Shown one piece after another: positions 12,641 to 27,000 of a stretch of DNA of 64,000 nucleotides (its first letter is position 1; the number at the start of each line of letters is the position of its first letter). The stretch spans positions 230,082,001 to 230,146,000 of the forward strand of contig OZ024743.1 of NCBI GenBank assembly GCA_964016885.1, given 5' to 3'. The position numbers were made by a program, and so were the translations under genes. The stretch comes from Eledone cirrhosa (lineage: Eukaryota). The notes under the pieces were generated by a model. It was not told where the DNA came from, searched no databases, and saw only the letters and a list, made by a program, of their open reading frames with translations.

Positions 12641-14225
12641 TATATATATACTTCCTTGTCGGGATGATTCCGATACCGACAAAAACTCTACGTATTATAC
12701 TAAAACATGTATTGTATTGAATGAATTCTCTACTCTATACCTCAGGACTTTTTGTGACTCACACTGAATTCGGAGGACCGAACTTTACACTAGGTACAAC
12801 CTGTTACAATTCCATCTCCTCCATCCTCTATATCTATATGTACACCCTGTATTATCTTACTACAACTTGTTCTATATTGATTCTTATTTACCTTTATTAA
12901 TTTTTTTATTATTTCATTAATGTATATTTTTTTTTTTTTTTTATTATTTTATTATTGTATTCTATCTTTATATTTGTTTTTTATCTTTGTATCCTGCTTT
13001 TATTATTTTTTTGTAACTTTCCTTACTCAGGTCATTATGCAACTTTCATAGCCCTAGAATTACTTATAACCCGGACTAACTGGGACTTTATGATAATTTT
13101 GGTCTATTTGTACTTTTCATTGGGTTGCTACCTTCGACTTGACTGGTGGCTTTTCCCGGCTGCGCGCTGGGCACTCGGAAAGTTCAGCCTTCCTTGAGTG
13201 CTCGGAAAAATAAATTTCTCCTCTTTCGGTAAACGAAATTACTCGGAGCGGATTGGTTTGCCCCGGTCCCACCGCGCCGCCTGTTTTGGCGGTCATATTA
13301 TACTTATACCTATAAACTCCAGGTTTAGGCATAACTATTAGCTGTATCATGCCTCTACTGACACGTAAATAAACCCCTCATGTGTGATTTAATAGTATTC
13401 GTTTGGTATAGACGATGGCCTGTCGAAATTGTGGAGTTCCCGCTATCGCTCCCAGGGCCTAAGGTAGCTACGTTCCTAGAGTACTCGGAAAATTAATTTC
13501 CATTTCTTTCGCTGGACGATACCACTCGAGACTGGCTGACTCATGGTGGTGGTGGTGATGGTTGGGGGGGGGGGACTCCCAATCGAAATCTTTATTCTTT
13601 ATCCCATCCTAATATCTTATCGGGATAAATTTTTTCATATAAGATCTCTCCGTAAGTTCATTAAATAAATAAATCTCGCTACCTAAAACTTTAATTCTCT
13701 AATAACTTATTTTTCAATTTATCATTTTGCAATTTAATATTTTTAATTTAATTTATTTCATCCTATAACTCGCAACATAAGTTTAACGTTCCAATCTTCG
13801 GTTCACACATTAGACCATACAGACACCCATTGTAGATTCTAGGGAGTCGCATTTTTTCGCGGCATTTTCTAGCATCAATGTACTGTGACCCTTTCGCTGA
13901 CTTCTTTCTCCCTTTCTTTCTTCATTTTTTTCTTTGACGGAGTGGTGGTAGTGCATTATAAGCCTTCGCCTCCTCACCAGATGTTCATTAGTAGATTCAG
14001 TTGCCACCACTTGGAGGGCGACTGGCCGAGGTGAAGGCAGCTAGTTGGTCAGTCGTCCTCTTTGTCTCTGTCTCTGATTTTTCGGACCCATGGTTTTTTA
14101 CATATTCCCTTGCTATATTCCAATACCTTGTGATATCACCGGATTCATATGGAACCCGGTTATTGAAATGATCATAGTATAATAAACCTTTCAAGGATTT
14201 ACACCAGTCCAGCCTCCTGTTATTT

Positions 14226-14230
<5 letters not shown>

Positions 14231-14301
<71 letters not shown>

Positions 14302-14393
14302 ATATATATATATTATATATATATTTATATATATATATGTGTGTATATATATATATATTATATATATATATATATATGTGTATATATATATAT

Positions 14394-14463
<70 letters not shown>

Positions 14464-14477
14464 TATATATATATAAG

Positions 14478-14536
<59 letters not shown>

Positions 14537-14566
14537 TATATATATATATATTATACATATATATAT

Positions 14567-14647
<81 letters not shown>

Positions 14648-14688
14648 TATATATATATATATTATACATATATATATATATATATATT

Positions 14689-14727
<39 letters not shown>

Positions 14728-14810
14728 ATATATATATATTATATATGTATATATTATACATATATATATATATATATTATATATATATATATATATATTA
14801 TACATATATA

Positions 14811-14899
<89 letters not shown>

Positions 14900-15026
14900 A
14901 TGATTGTTTCTTCGTTGTTGTGGTGGCTTCTGTGGCTTTGTCTCCTTAAGCAGAGTTTTATATTTATATATATTATATATATATTATATATATATATATA
15001 TATTATATATATATATATATATATAT
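14231..15026. repeat. ~800 bp compound (TA)n array with duplicated ~60 bp unique block (14901-14959, 15026-15083)
   Basis: Direct inspection. Confidence 0.95.
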
Positions 15027-15584
15027 GATTGTATCTTAGTTGCTGTGGTGGCTTCTGTGGCTTTGTCTCCTTAAGCAGAGTTTTCGATTTGTCACGTTAT
15101 CTAACGTATGTTTATTACTCTGTGCATTCTGTTCGATTTTACTAACCTTCCAATCGTATATATATTTTGTGATCCCCCAAATTTCATGCTTTGTGCCTAT
15201 AGTAGAAATCATTATTAGTAGTAATACTAATAGCAGCATACGCAGTGATATTATTGGCAGCAGAAGTAATAGTAATAGTAGTAGTCGTAGTTATTTATTT
15301 GACAATGTGTTTTTTAGTTATTATTAAACATACTATTTTACTTTATTCTAAATATTTTCTAACATATTATTGTTGGTTTTATTTTACTGTCATATTTCTT
15401 TTATATCCTCTGTCAGTTAGTCTCTCTCTGCACGTCTCTCTCGCTTTATAGAGGTTATTTTAAATACTCGCTTCTTTTCTGTTTCAACATCATTGTCTTT
15501 CATCTTTCATTTTTTTTTACATTTTACATTTTCCTATTGGCATTAGTGTTTCCATAGTTGTCGTTGCTGTTCTAGTTCGCGTTT

Positions 15585-15647
15585 CTTCTTCTTTTCTTCT
15601 TCTTCTTCTTCTTCTTCTTCTTCTTCTTCTTCTTCTTCTTCTTCTTC
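15585..15647. repeat. (CTT)n microsatellite
   Basis: Direct inspection. Confidence 0.9.
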
Positions 15648-18600
15648 CATATTAGGAAGTTATCCTATATCCAAGGTTCAGTTTCATCATATATATTCTA
15701 TGGACTTGTGCAAGCAGTATTGTGTATACTTGTTTTTGTTGGGACGGTAACAATATAAACTCCCCATATAGAGTATTCCATCAGTTTTATTTTATTACGG
15801 CGTTCAGTCTGTTACTTAGCGTGTTTTCTGTTGTATATGGTATGTGCAATGCGATTGGTATTATTTTATTGGGTTTTAATCTTGTAATTAGAGCATATTA
15901 TTTAGAACCACTAATATATTAGAGACGCACGATTCATTGTTCCTCTTTTTACAAATATTTTACATGGTGCAAAAGTTACAAACGAATATCTAACTTGTAT
16001 TTTTCACCGGCATTTCTTGATCTTCAATTGTTTCTCCTTTCAATCTTTTAATTCTCTTCATATCATTCAATGACTGTCGCGCTTCTATTGATAATTCCCC
16101 AAATCATATCTGTCTATGTCTAACTATCTGATTATCTCTCTAGTTTTTATCTTTTCTTTTTGTTCTATCGCTTTCCTTTTAATTTGTGTTTTTCCCTTTT
16201 CATTTTCCCCTGCTCTTGCTAATCTGTCTACTGGAATATTATTTTCTTCAGATTAATATTGTCAGTTTGAAAACAAAGAAAAAATAGGAATAATGATATT
16301 AATAAAAAAAGTAGTAATAAATAAAATACTAATAAAAATATTGGTGAAAATAATGAAATAAACGAATGTGGAAGACAAGACTGCAGCAAACGAAAAAATA
16401 ACGATATATCAATAATATTAAATAGATAAATAAACTGACTACGTCACTACTTAAGACAGTATTGTCAATTTAGTATCAGAAAAGAGCATAATGTAGTTTG
16501 AAAATAGATATATTGAAGGAAATGGTTAGCGGAGGCTATTTACACATCAAACGTGCCGCATCTCCTCTTTTCTACCAAAAGAAAAAAATAACAAAAATAA
16601 AAGATTACACATTGATTACACAAGATTATTTGTCCGAGAGCTATGACCAAAAATTGTGGTCATGGTGTCTTTTTTTGCCATTAAATATATCGCTCATTAC
16701 ATTTCTCCAATACATCTAATGTTAGGTATGATTTGAAAAAATAAATGACTGGCGCTTTTTGTCGGCTGAACTACAATATTGCGGATCAAGCTTTGGCTTA
16801 GGGAAAAGAATCAAAGGGTGGGAGATAAGACTTTAGCAGAATCTCGCTGGCCAACAATGTGAAGACGAAATTCCAACGTCATTATTTTGGCCTTTATATT
16901 AAACCCATTATTAATCGATGGAAAATGCTTTCTTATGCGAACATATGCATCTAAAATAATGTGCATACATAATCATTTAAATTAAACATAAATAAAAGCA
17001 TGCTTGTGAGATTAAAGTGTTCACTCAGCAATCAAGTGGTTCTAAGTTATGTCTCATTATGCAGTATCTTGGGCGGTATGGCAAAATAAGATCGATAAAC
17101 CAAGTATCGGACTTGAAAAAATAGGTACAGGGTTCGATAAGTTTGACATATCTAGGCAGTACGCGAGCTTGACTGCAATTTAATGATTGATACCTGTAAA
17201 AATGTATCACTGCACACGGTAAGCACGAAGTAGGTTTTTTTCACGTATATTTGTTGGTGTAATTATTTTTGTATAAACCGTGTAGAGTAATGTCGTACCT
17301 CGAAATAATCTAACATATGTTGTATTTACCGAACACTTTCTGATTTTATATTGTGAAGCAAGCTCTTCTAAATAAACCGGGGCAAAGATAAAATAAAATA
17401 AAAGTAACAGTTAGCCATAGGAAGCGCGATCGTGACTAACCTGGTGTAAAAAAAAAGACTTAAATACGAGCCATGAAGGGTGATTCTACATGTTCACTTG
17501 ACGTGTTAAAATAGTGTGAAATCTCCTTTAATCATACATAAGGGCATTGAAAATGTAAAGGAAAACGAGATGGTCATGGTTTGAACACTTAATCATAAGT
17601 CTGATAGATCAGGTTTCGGGTTATTGTTAAACAGTATTTACACATACAGACATTATAGTAAACACACACACCTGCCCCCCCCCCCCCCCCCCCATCCCCA
17701 CACACATACAAATATGAATTCGAAATTAGCGAGGGACTTTTGAATAAATGGCTGATTGTTGACTAAGTGTTAAGTGAAATAATCAGTATTTGTTGATTGT
17801 GGGAGGAATAAGCTGAGTGAATTAATGGAAGACAAATGGATTAGAAATTGATTGTGTGAGAGGGTGAGTAAGGACTACGTGATTGATTAATTGGTTGACT
17901 TCGGGAGTTATTGATTGACTTTATTAGTGTGTGAGCATACGAGTGAGTGCTGATAAGTTACTGATCTTCGTGCTTAACAGACGGAGTGAGTGAGTGTTGA
18001 ATAATTTGAGTTACTGTATAACCGACTGAATGGTTGAGTATGCGAAGGATTGTATGAAAACTCAAAATTCTATCAAAAGTTGAAGAGTTAATCTATTTTT
18101 TTCTTCTCATTGTTTAAAAATAATTTTAAAATCCTTTTCTTTTTCGATAAACCCTAATCTAAACCCAGTGCCCCACGCTCCAACACTTCATAAACCCTCA
18201 AACAGCAGCAATCATATGGAGTTTCTCGATTCGAACAAGCGTTAATGATGTATCTATTATAATGTGCCAGCACCCAATCAAAAATCTTCAGTAAGTTATC
18301 TGCAGGTCGTTTGCTGCACAGCAGTTATATTTCTTGGCCAATAATTACAAGTTTCTAGTGATCCGATTTTAATGATGTACACATTTCCCGCGTCAAATGA
18401 ATTTTGCCGTCGGCATTCTGTACAGTTTATCGACTCAGTGCTCCTTACACACGAACATATTTCATTCACTACCACCATCACCACCAACTCCACCACTACC
18501 TCGCTATCACAACAAGGCACACAACTAGACTCCACGAATACGAACAGCAGCAGCCTCACCAACACCACCTATATCAACAGCAGCAGAAGCACTACCACCA

Positions 18601-19216
18601 CCATTATTGAAGTACCATAATCATCTGCCCCCCCCCCCCCAACATAGTTTTCAACTCCCTTGACACAAATGACTATGCCAACACAAATATCATCATCAAC
18701 ACCCCCTATCCGACCACTGTCACCACCAACACCATCACCACCATCCCAAGCAGCATCAGCAAACTCCCTAATACAGAGAACCTATACGAAAAATAGTTAA
18801 ATCTCGCCCATCGTATCCTATCACCTTAAAAGTAAAAATAATGGAATGCAATAGATAACGTAATCTTGATACAATAAAATACTGGATGGTCACGGATGGG
18901 AGGACTTGATTATAGATTCGACACGATCAGCGTTTGACATCGGGCTACATAGGACAAAACAACAATAGTAAAAATAAATACATCATTGTATTACTGCTAA
19001 CATTACCAATACTATCAGCATGAGAATGGCAAACAATATTATTGACACTATAGCTTAACTACGACAAACGCAAAACAACCATAAATCCCAAACCAGGCTC
19101 GAACAAGATGACGACTAACACGTACACCACCACCACCAACAACAACAACAGATAGGAATAAGTACAACAACATCATCTACAACAATACTAAATCCCACCA
19201 CAATCATATTATTATT

Positions 19217-21644
19217 GAGAAACGAGGGAACTAAAGCTGTTCGATGGGCCCGCGTGGCGGAGGCGCAGCGTGGTAATAAAACCACAAAGCGACTCCAAGC
19301 GGATGTGTGAGGCCTTTCGCCAGCACTTTGCTCGGTTGTTCAGAGAGAGAGAGGCGAGTCAGAGAGAGTAGCGGATTTCAGTCCATACATTGACGGCTTG
19401 CTGCGCATCTCGACGGTCGACGCTGAGCGCTGCGAAAGGCCAATTACTTCAGCCGAAATTCAGGACGCCCGTGTCGGCTGCATGAGGCGCAAGTCACCCG
19501 GTTTGGATGGTCTGCCCTACGAGCTTTACGTAAATATGCCAGACTTGTTCTCCGAACCCCTCGAAGCACTCTACTGCAACTGGCAGCAGAATGGGAGTAT
19601 TCCCAGTTCTGTGAGCAGGGGAGTGGTGACGCTGATAAGGAAAGAAGAGAACAAGAGGGATACATTAGACAACTTCAGGCTCATAACTCTGCTCAACACA
19701 GAGTTTAATATTTTGGCCAAGGTGTTAGCAAAGAGATTGGCGCTTGTCGTCGAGGATTTGGTTGGGGAGGCGCAAACTTGCGCAATCCCAGCGAGGTCCA
19801 TACACGACAATCTCCACCTCATGCGATACATCATAGAGAGGGTAGCGTGTAAACCTGGCTTTGGTGGGGCACTGATCAATTTAGATCAATCGAAAGCATT
19901 CGATAGGGTCGACCATCGGTATCTGGAGTTTGTCCTCAAAGCAGCTGGCTTCGGCCCTGTCTTTAGAAGCAGGATCGTTGCAATGCACAGCGACATATGC
20001 TCGGTGGTCAAGGTTAATGGCCACCTCTCGGAACCATTTGGGCTCTCCTGATCGGTCCGTCAAGGGTGCCCTCTCTCTTCCCTTCTGTACGTATTGACTC
20101 TCGAGCCCTTACTGCGAAAGCTGGAGCTGTTGCAGGGCATCCCGCTCTAACCGGGACGTTTGAAAGGCGGTGTCGGCTTATGCGGACGACATCACCGTGA
20201 TGGTGTCGAACACCTCAGAAATCGAGGTGGTCGGCACCTTCTTGAAGGAATATGAAAGGTTGACAGGAGCCAAACTTAACCTGGAAAAGTCGGTGGGCTT
20301 GCAGCTCGGAACCTGGAGAGGCAAGCCCATGCCGCCCAACAGCGTCGTGGGGCGCTGGACGGACGGACCGGTAAAGTTGCTCGGGGTTTGGTTCGGACCA
20401 GACCTCCAGGTGGAAAAGAATTGGGACGAGGTAACGAGCAGAGTAGCCAGTCTCACCCAAAAATGGGCTGGGAGGAAGCTATCACAGAAAGGTCGCGCGG
20501 AGGTGGCGATTGCCTACATTGCGTCCGTCATCTACTACCGCATGACCGTCATGCCTTGCCCCCGTCCGCGCCTCGTCAAGCTGGAACGGCTCCTCTTCAA
20601 ATCCTTGTGGCGGTGACAAGTTCCGTTGGTAAGGCTGTCCATCTGCTGCCAGCACCCTCTACGCGGAGGGATGGGCATGCCGTGGCTAATGATGCGCAGA
20701 CATGCGTTGAGGCTGCGACATCTCCAGATATTCTGCCTCAACGGTGAACAGGTGTCGTCGCCGTTTATCAGACGGGCCTTTCCGCAGCTCATTTCTTTGA
20801 CTGAGCTGCAGTCCTGGGTCAAGAAGAGACCGAGACTGGGTGACTTGCACCTGGAATGTTGCCAGGCACTCACTGCCCTCTACCAAGCGGGCAATGCGAT
20901 CAGTGGAACTTCCACTATCGAGTTCTATAGAGGATTATTGGTGGGCAAGTGCGACGAAACCGTTCTGAACGCACTTGTCCAATGTCCGTGCATTACTGTC
21001 TTGTGGAGTTATGTCGAACAGCTACTGTCGTGTGTGGAACGAATCCGGCTATCGGCCGAGTCCATAGTGAAGATCGATCGACCGCCTTCCTTAGGTCAGG
21101 AAGAGCAGGAAATTTTCCTCTGTCTGGTGGCAGTTGCGAAGGAGATTATATGGTGGACCAGGTTCAAAGGATTAAAGACAGACACTTTTCTCTTCGGCCA
21201 ATCCCTCATCAACTTGTACAAGTTTCACCTGAAAAGGAAGGTGAGGGTGGAGAGAGAAGTGATGCCCCCCAGTACATTTGTTAAAACGTGGGTGAAAGTG
21301 GCGAGAATGGCTCGTGTGAATGGGCCTACTCTGATCATGCGCCTATAGGCTGGCTAATTTGAGGAGAGGGGTGCTCTCCCTGGGTGCCCTAGAAGCGCAG
21401 GGTGGTTCAGGATTGGTGGGGTACCTGAAGCACCCCAGGGTCGTACACCCCCTATCGGGGAATTTATTTTGTTATATTTATGCATAGTTTACTTTTATAT
21501 TTTTATTGTTAAATTAGTCTTGACATTGTGCACTTTTACTCCACCTTATTGTAAACCCCACTGTCCCTGTCTTTGTATTGTCCCCTACATCGACCCTGGT
21601 GGCTAATAAATGAAATCATTATTATTATTATTATTATTATTATT
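19217..21644 (+). mobile_element. 5'-truncated, decayed Tx1/L1-clade LINE (RT to 3' end)
   Basis: KSPGLDGLPYE, LDQSKAFDRVDH, QGCPLS and YADD motifs, with stops and frameshifts; 3' UTR hairpin and (ATT)n tail; homologous to 25100-27727. Confidence 0.93.
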
Positions 21645-21860
21645 GAATGCTATGGTTGACGGAGGCTCGGCTCTGTAAGGTATTGTAAATTTTGACCGCT
21701 ATAACAATTGTAAATTGTTTAAAACGTTAACCAACTTGTAGACAAAAACACCCTCCTCCTCGTGAGAGGGGTCTTTCTGTCCGTTATTTGGCCCTTCGGG
21801 GTTAAATAAGCGCTTATTGGGGTTTTGTGCCCAATATTTATTTTAAACAAAAAAAAAAAA
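21645..21860 (+). other. ~215 bp structured segment ending in poly(A) between two Tx1 copies
   Basis: Hairpins TTATTTGGCCC-TTCG-GGGTTAAATAA and TATTGGG..CCCAATA, then A12. Confidence 0.5.
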
Positions 21861-22299
21861 CATGGCTACGAAAAAGAATTTTCATAGGTCACTCCCACTC
21901 ATTCCGTCTTCTTCTTCCTCAATCGTCACTACAGCAGAGAGAAGATTGTCTCTCTCCCTCCCTTCTCTAAATGTCTCTCTCTCCCTCACTTCTCTTTCGC
22001 AAGCGACGCCAGAAAAGAAAAATCACGTGCAAAGCGTGCAAGGTTTCTCCACGACGATGACGACAACGACGAAAAAGGTGTGCGGGAAATACGAAAACCC
22101 AATTTCATTCGTCTGACGTCAGGAATAATAGAAGTAGCAGCTGTAATAACAGCAGCAGCAGCAACAGTGACAAGGAAAACAACAGTAGCAGCCGCAACAG
22201 CATCAGCAGCAGCATAAACAACAACAGCATTAGCAGCAACAACAACAGCAGCAGCAGCAGCAACAACAACAACAACCACAGCAACAGCGGCGGCGGCAG

Positions 22300-24009
22300 T
22301 AGTCCTAGTACCTGTAGTAACAACAAAAGTAACAGCAGCTCTGACGACAACAACAACAACAACAACAGCAGCAGCAAAGAAAAACCAATATCGTTTGCAG
22401 GTATCGCAAAGAACCTGGAAACCATCCTCATAACAAATGAGGAATTATAGGAAGCGAAGAAGATGGTGACGAAAACCGGACAACGAGCAATCTGCAAGGC
22501 AGCCGAAAATATTTTAGAAACCCAACAGCACTGTACGGTCACGTACCGTACAGTAAGCACAAAATGCCGTAGGGTTGAAAGAGCCACAGAAGCTCAAATA
22601 CAAAAAGCCTTATGGTCTGTGTGGCAGCGGAAAACGCACATAACCTGAGGCAAGAAATATGCCACCGTAGACGTGCTTTTTGCCACACCCCAGGAGGCAA
22701 AGGCCCAATCCTTAGTGACCCTAAGGAGCGAGGAAATGGTGTTGGTGCCCTCCTACTGCGGGCAAAACATTGTGAGGGTCAAACTGTCCCACGTCCCCCG
22801 CCCCCCAGGGATGGCACCTTCTTGGCTGGCCGCGTCTGTCCTCGTCGGAATCGAGGACAAAACAACTGTACTGCAAGTACAGAAAAAAGTAAGAGAAGAT
22901 TGGGTCGGCACCTCCATTGAGATGTTAATCCAAACCAACCAGGAGTGCATCGAAGCTATCCCGGATGTGATAGACTGCGATAACGGCACGCAACTGCCCA
23001 TAAGGGTTGATGGCAAACGCCCGAAGTGCTTTCGCTGTGGATCGAAGACTCACCTCAGGGCCTTCTGCAACGAGAAGAACCTGAGAAAGTAGAAAACCTC
23101 TCTCCTTCCGAAACCGGCTCCACGGCTACCAGCAACAGGACAAGCGGAAACCAGGAACGATAGGTCCGTGGCACCCATACCCACGCCACGGAAATCAAGA
23201 ACAGCAGCAGCAGTGGAAGTATTAACAACAACAACAGCAATACCAAATGCAGCTGCAACAAAGACTTCACTGCAAACATCACCAACAACAACAAGTGAAA
23301 GAGTGGAGCTGGTACCCCTCCCCGACCACACAGAATCAGACATGGAGTATGAGGTGGGAGAGGGATGGCAAAGGTCGTAAGATGGCACAAACGCAGAAGC
23401 AGCGCATCGTCGCCTTCGAAAAGGGAGGAAAGAAATGAAAAAAGGGTAAAGGCTACTGCAAAGAGACTCACAGCAGCAACACCACCAACACCATCACCAC
23501 CCACACTAGCACAACCATCACCACCGGCGATAACCCCACCGCCAACAACAACACCTTCAACACCACCACCACACGCACCAACATCGCAAACACAACAACA
23601 AAACACACACACCCAACAACAACGACAAGAAAATAGCAGAACCACACCCCACCCCCAGAAAAACAAATGCACCGCAATAAATACACACAACAAGAAACTA
23701 ATGACTCACATAATTGAACACACAGACATTTCACAGCACGACTACATAATACCAGCACCAATCAAAACGCCATCTAACATAAGACTGCTAAAAATAGTAC
23801 AGAAACAATACACAAACATTAAAACGAAATTCCCCAATGCAGTTGGTGATTTCAGAGACCTAGGAGGGACTCTCAACCGGAGAGTCTATTCGGACATACT
23901 CATAGAAGAGCCGACAACCAGCCGAAGGGACGATTCAACGGCCCCTTCACCAGACGATCAAGTGAAAAGAGATGGAAAAACCATCCTTCCTCTACGAAAA
24001 GTACGGTAA
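22300..24009 (+). pseudogene. Tx1 ORF1 (gag-like), disrupted
   Basis: Zinc knuckle CFRCGSKTHLRAFC at ~23027-23068, followed by a low-complexity P/T-rich linker; several stops and frameshifts. Confidence 0.75.
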
Positions 24010-24044
24010 GTGGTCTTTCCCATCTTTTCCACTCTATATTAAAC

Positions 24045-27000
24045 ATGACCTCACTCAGAATAGGCAGCATAAATGTGCGTGGCTTGGGGTCGTCATGGAA
24101 GCAGGGTCACCTGCTCAACGACCTCAGGTCACTAAACATAGATGTAGTGGCCATCAGCGAGACCAGAATCTCCGAAGCACGGGCCTTCGCACCGATCTTC
24201 GGCGGCTACGATGTGTACGCATCTCCCAGCCGTCCTGGATCGGGGGGAGGAGTTGCTGTGCTTTTTCGGAGAGGTTTGAATCTCGCTATACGGGCCATCT
24301 TCCTAGAGCCAGAGGGTAAGTTGGTGGTGCTGGAGGTGACCAGCGGAGACGGGCAAGCTTTCAGGCTAGTGGCCGTCTATGCCCCGACAGGAGCAGGGCA
24401 GCCTGATTTCTTCCGGCGTCTGGCGACCTTTCTTGGAACGTCCCGCTCTTTAGTGTTAGTGGGCAACTGGAACGGGATCTTAGATGCACGCTGAGACTGT
24501 GTGGGATTAGCGGATAGGGGAGGAGGGTGCAAGAGCCTCACCAACCGGCTCAGGCGTTTTGAACTGTCTCACATGTACCGATTGGATTTCCCGAATGTGC
24601 CAATGTGGACTTGGACAAATCGCATTGGTTCATCCAGATCATATCTAGATAGAGTATTTTGTAGGGAAATAGATAGGTCTAGCATAGGCTGTCCACAAAT
24701 CAAGATAGTCAGCTACACGGTCCACAAATTCGTGATCTGTGTGCTTGACTTAGATAGGCTTCATAGACGATGACCCGGCTACTGGAAGCTAAACGCGTCC
24801 TTACCAGCGCGCAAGGCCTACAGAGACCGGATTAGCGAACTAGTTAAGCGGGCGTTGACGGGGGCCATCGTCAACAACAAGTGGTGGTTTGCTCTGAAAA
24901 GAGCGATTAGAATAGAATCGATTAGGTTTAGTAAGGCTTTAGCAATAGAGAAAAATAGAGCAGAGGGAGAACTAGTTAGAAAATTAGACGAGGCGCTTAG
25001 CAAAGGCATTGCGACCGACGTGCTTGCTGCGAAATTGGCCCTTGATCTATTCTTCAATGCAAAGCACGAAGGCTGCGTTGTCAGAGCTAGGGGGCGTACT
25101 CTCAGACACGAGGGGACGAAAGCCGTTCTCATGGGCCCGAGTGGCGGAGGCGCGTCGTGGCAACAAAGCCACGATCCGGTCATTGGTGGACCACGACGGG
25201 CGCATGCTACTCGATCCCGGGCAAATGTGTGAAGCTTTTCAGCGACACTTCGCTCAGCTGTTCGGGGACAGCGATGGGCCGGGTCGAGGGATGGACTTTA
25301 GTGTTTACCTCGACGGACTGCAGCGGCTCTCGGCCACTGAGGCGGAGTGTTGCGAAAAGCCGATAACAGCCGCTGAAGTAAGGGAGGCAATGACTGGCTG
25401 CACAAGGGGTAAATCGCCTGGTTTGGATGGTCTGCCCTATGAACTTTACGTACAGATGCCAGACTTGTTCGGAGGCCTCTTGGCGGACGTCTACTGCAAC
25501 TGGCAACAGAACGGGAGAATTCCCAGTTCTGTGAGCCGAGGAGCGGTGGCACTGCTGAGAAAGGATCCGAACAAGGGGGATAACATAGATAATTTCCGGC
25601 CCATAACTCTGCTAAACACAGAGTTCAAGATTTTGGCCAAGGTGCTAGCAAAGAGGTTGGCGCTTGTCGTTGGTGGTCTGGTGGGAGAGGCGCAGACATG
25701 CGCCATTCCCGAAAGATCCATCCACGACAACCTCCACCTCATGCGATACATCGTAGAGAGGGTAGCTAGGGAACTTGGCACGGGTGGGTCCTTGATCAAT
25801 TTAGATCAGTCGAAAGCTTTCGATAGGGTCGACCATCGTTACCTAGCGGCAGTCCTGAGGGCGGCTGGCTTTGGGCCCGTCTTCAGGGGCTGGATCGCTG
25901 CCATGCACAGCGACATCTGCTCTGTGGTGAGAGTGAACGGTCACCTGTCGGAACCGTTCAACATCATGTGCTCGGTCCGCCAAGGATGTCCCCTCTCGTC
26001 CCTCTTGTACGTATTGACTCTCGAGCCATTACTGCACAAACTGGAGACGTTGAGGGGAGTCCCGCGCGAACTAGGATGCGGAAGATCCGTGTCAGCATAT
26101 GCGGACGATGTCACCGTAGTGGTGTCGAGCGCCGAACACATCGAGGCGATCGGCACTACACTAAGAGAATACGAAGCGGTGACAGGAGCAATGATCAACC
26201 AGGGAAAGTCAGTGGGCCTGCAGCTCGGCACCTGGAGAGGCAGGTCCATGCCGTCCAACAGCGTCGTCGGACGCTGGACGGACGGCCCAGTTAAATTGCT
26301 AGGGGTCTGGCTCGGTCCGGACCTCCAGACGGACAAAAACTGGGACGAGGTGACGAGCAGAGTGGCTTCTCTCACCCAGAAATGGGCCGAGAGGAAGCTA
26401 TCCCTGAAAGGTCGAGCGGAGGTGGCTAACGCGTACATCGCGTCCGTCATCTGCTACCGCCTGACCGTCGTACCTTGTCCTAAGCCTCGCCTGACTGCGC
26501 TGGAGCGTTTGCTCTTTCGCTTTTTGTGGAAGGGACGCGCTCCGATGGTCAGGCGGTCCATCTGTTGTCAACACCCGCTACGTGGAGGGCTGGGCATGCC
26601 GTGGCTGATGATGCGCAGGCACGCGCTCAGGCTACGATATCTCCACGTCTTCCTCGACGGTGATCAGGTGTGGTCGCCGTTTGCTAGGCGCGTGTTTCCC
26701 CAGCTCGTTTCCTTGACGGAGCTGCAGTCCTGGGTCAAGCGAAGACCGAGAGGGAGCGCCTGGAGACTGGAATGTCTTCAGGCGCTCACAGCCCTCGACC
26801 AATCGGGCAATGTGATCGGTGGAAACTCCACCTCGGCGTTCTATAGAGGATTAGTGGAGGGTAAGAGCGACGACGTACTTGGGGAAACTCTAGGCGTCGA
26901 CGAAAATCAACTAGCCAATCTCTTCGAAAGAACTTTCGGGCCGGGGCCTATGGACAACTTCCAGAAATCTCTGGCCTGGCAGTGCTACCGAGGAGCCTTG

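Noticed and set aside
14292-15028. Long YI/CV/HT/SL-repeat ORFs here and throughout the ORF track
   Set aside because: Translations of (TA)n, (TG)n and (CT)n microsatellites; not coding.
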